From contig CM120644.1 in the NCBI GenBank assembly GCA_051362555.1, positions 9,184,954 to 9,248,953 of the forward strand: a stretch of DNA of 64,000 nt. Direction: 5' to 3'. Shown here in pieces: positions 63,538 through 64,000 of the stretch (the first letter of the stretch is position 1; every line of letters begins with the position of its first letter). The position numbers and the translations under genes were made by a program. The notes under the pieces are model-generated. The model was given only the letters and a program-made list of their open reading frames with translations, was not told the DNA's origin and did not search any database. The stretch comes from Lingula anatina (lineage: Eukaryota > Animalia > Brachiopoda).

Positions 63538-64000
63538 GGCCCGGTTGCACCAACAGGGCGTAAATTTACTCGGCTACGACTGTCGTAAACCGCAACGCCT
63601 GGCGTCCGTGCGCCAGATTTATTCTCCCTGCTTACGTCCGTTGCACCAAGACAAAAACTGATCGTCGCAACTACGCCCGAGTAACGCTTCGTTGCATCAC
63701 TAGCCAACAATACGTGGATGGTATAATTGGGCAAATGAGGAGTTCTCAGCTGCAGTCATAATGGAATGATGACATAAATAAACACAAAAGGTGCATTTCA
63801 GTGACGGAGCAATTCATGAGCTAAATTATTCCATTTTGATTTAGAAATAAGAACGTTAAAATACGTTAACTTTGCTGTTGCCTTGGATATATAGCAATAA
63901 AATCGTAAATATATTCTGAATCAAAATATTATTATAGTGTGCTATGTATGCTATTATAGTATGCTGTTGTAAATGAGAGAAACGCGTTGGAGGCAGTACG
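63538..64000. mobile_element. Left end of an insertion, possibly a PIF/Harbinger-type element (runs off the window)
   Basis: Interrupts the unit-4 adaptor fragment. Begins GGCCCGGTTGCACCA after CTG (CWG target). The right end is not visible. Confidence 0.35.

Noticed and set aside
1-64000. tRNA, rRNA or prokaryotic operon features
   Set aside because: None recognised by eye. A tRNAscan-SE or Infernal search would be needed to exclude small RNAs.

Overview
AT-rich eukaryotic genomic DNA, most likely from a marine invertebrate (organism not determinable from sequence alone). It has GT-AG introns, microsatellites and many transposon relics. Host genes, all on +: a 3-coding-exon YitH/HolE-like GNAT acetyltransferase (7179-11672); a 6-exon CD20/MS4A-like four-transmembrane gene that the ORF track misses (14400-16634); an acidic single-pass protein with a near-absent ectodomain and a tyrosine-motif-rich tail, resembling LAT-type adaptors (22601-23632); and three paralogous TIR-less LRR receptors with tyrosine-motif tails (28803, 45173, 60232). 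The LRR genes sit in a tandem array of ~8.2-8.5 kb units whose breakpoint lies inside the adaptor gene, and a fourth unit starts near the window end. Unit 2 carries an apparently intact 8.5 kb Academ (XPG-type) DNA transposon (3-bp ATT TSD, ~680-bp TIRs) in LRR intron 1. It also carries a 5.9 kb split-direct-repeat PAT/DIRS tyrosine-recombinase retrotransposon with an internal ~94-bp palindromic-core array and a probably spliced recombinase. Paralogous units supply empty insertion sites for both elements. The most interesting hypothesis is a linked phosphotyrosine immune-signalling cluster (variable LRR receptors + LAT-like adaptor + MS4A-like protein). That is inference from motifs, not a demonstrated function. 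All alignments were done by eye.
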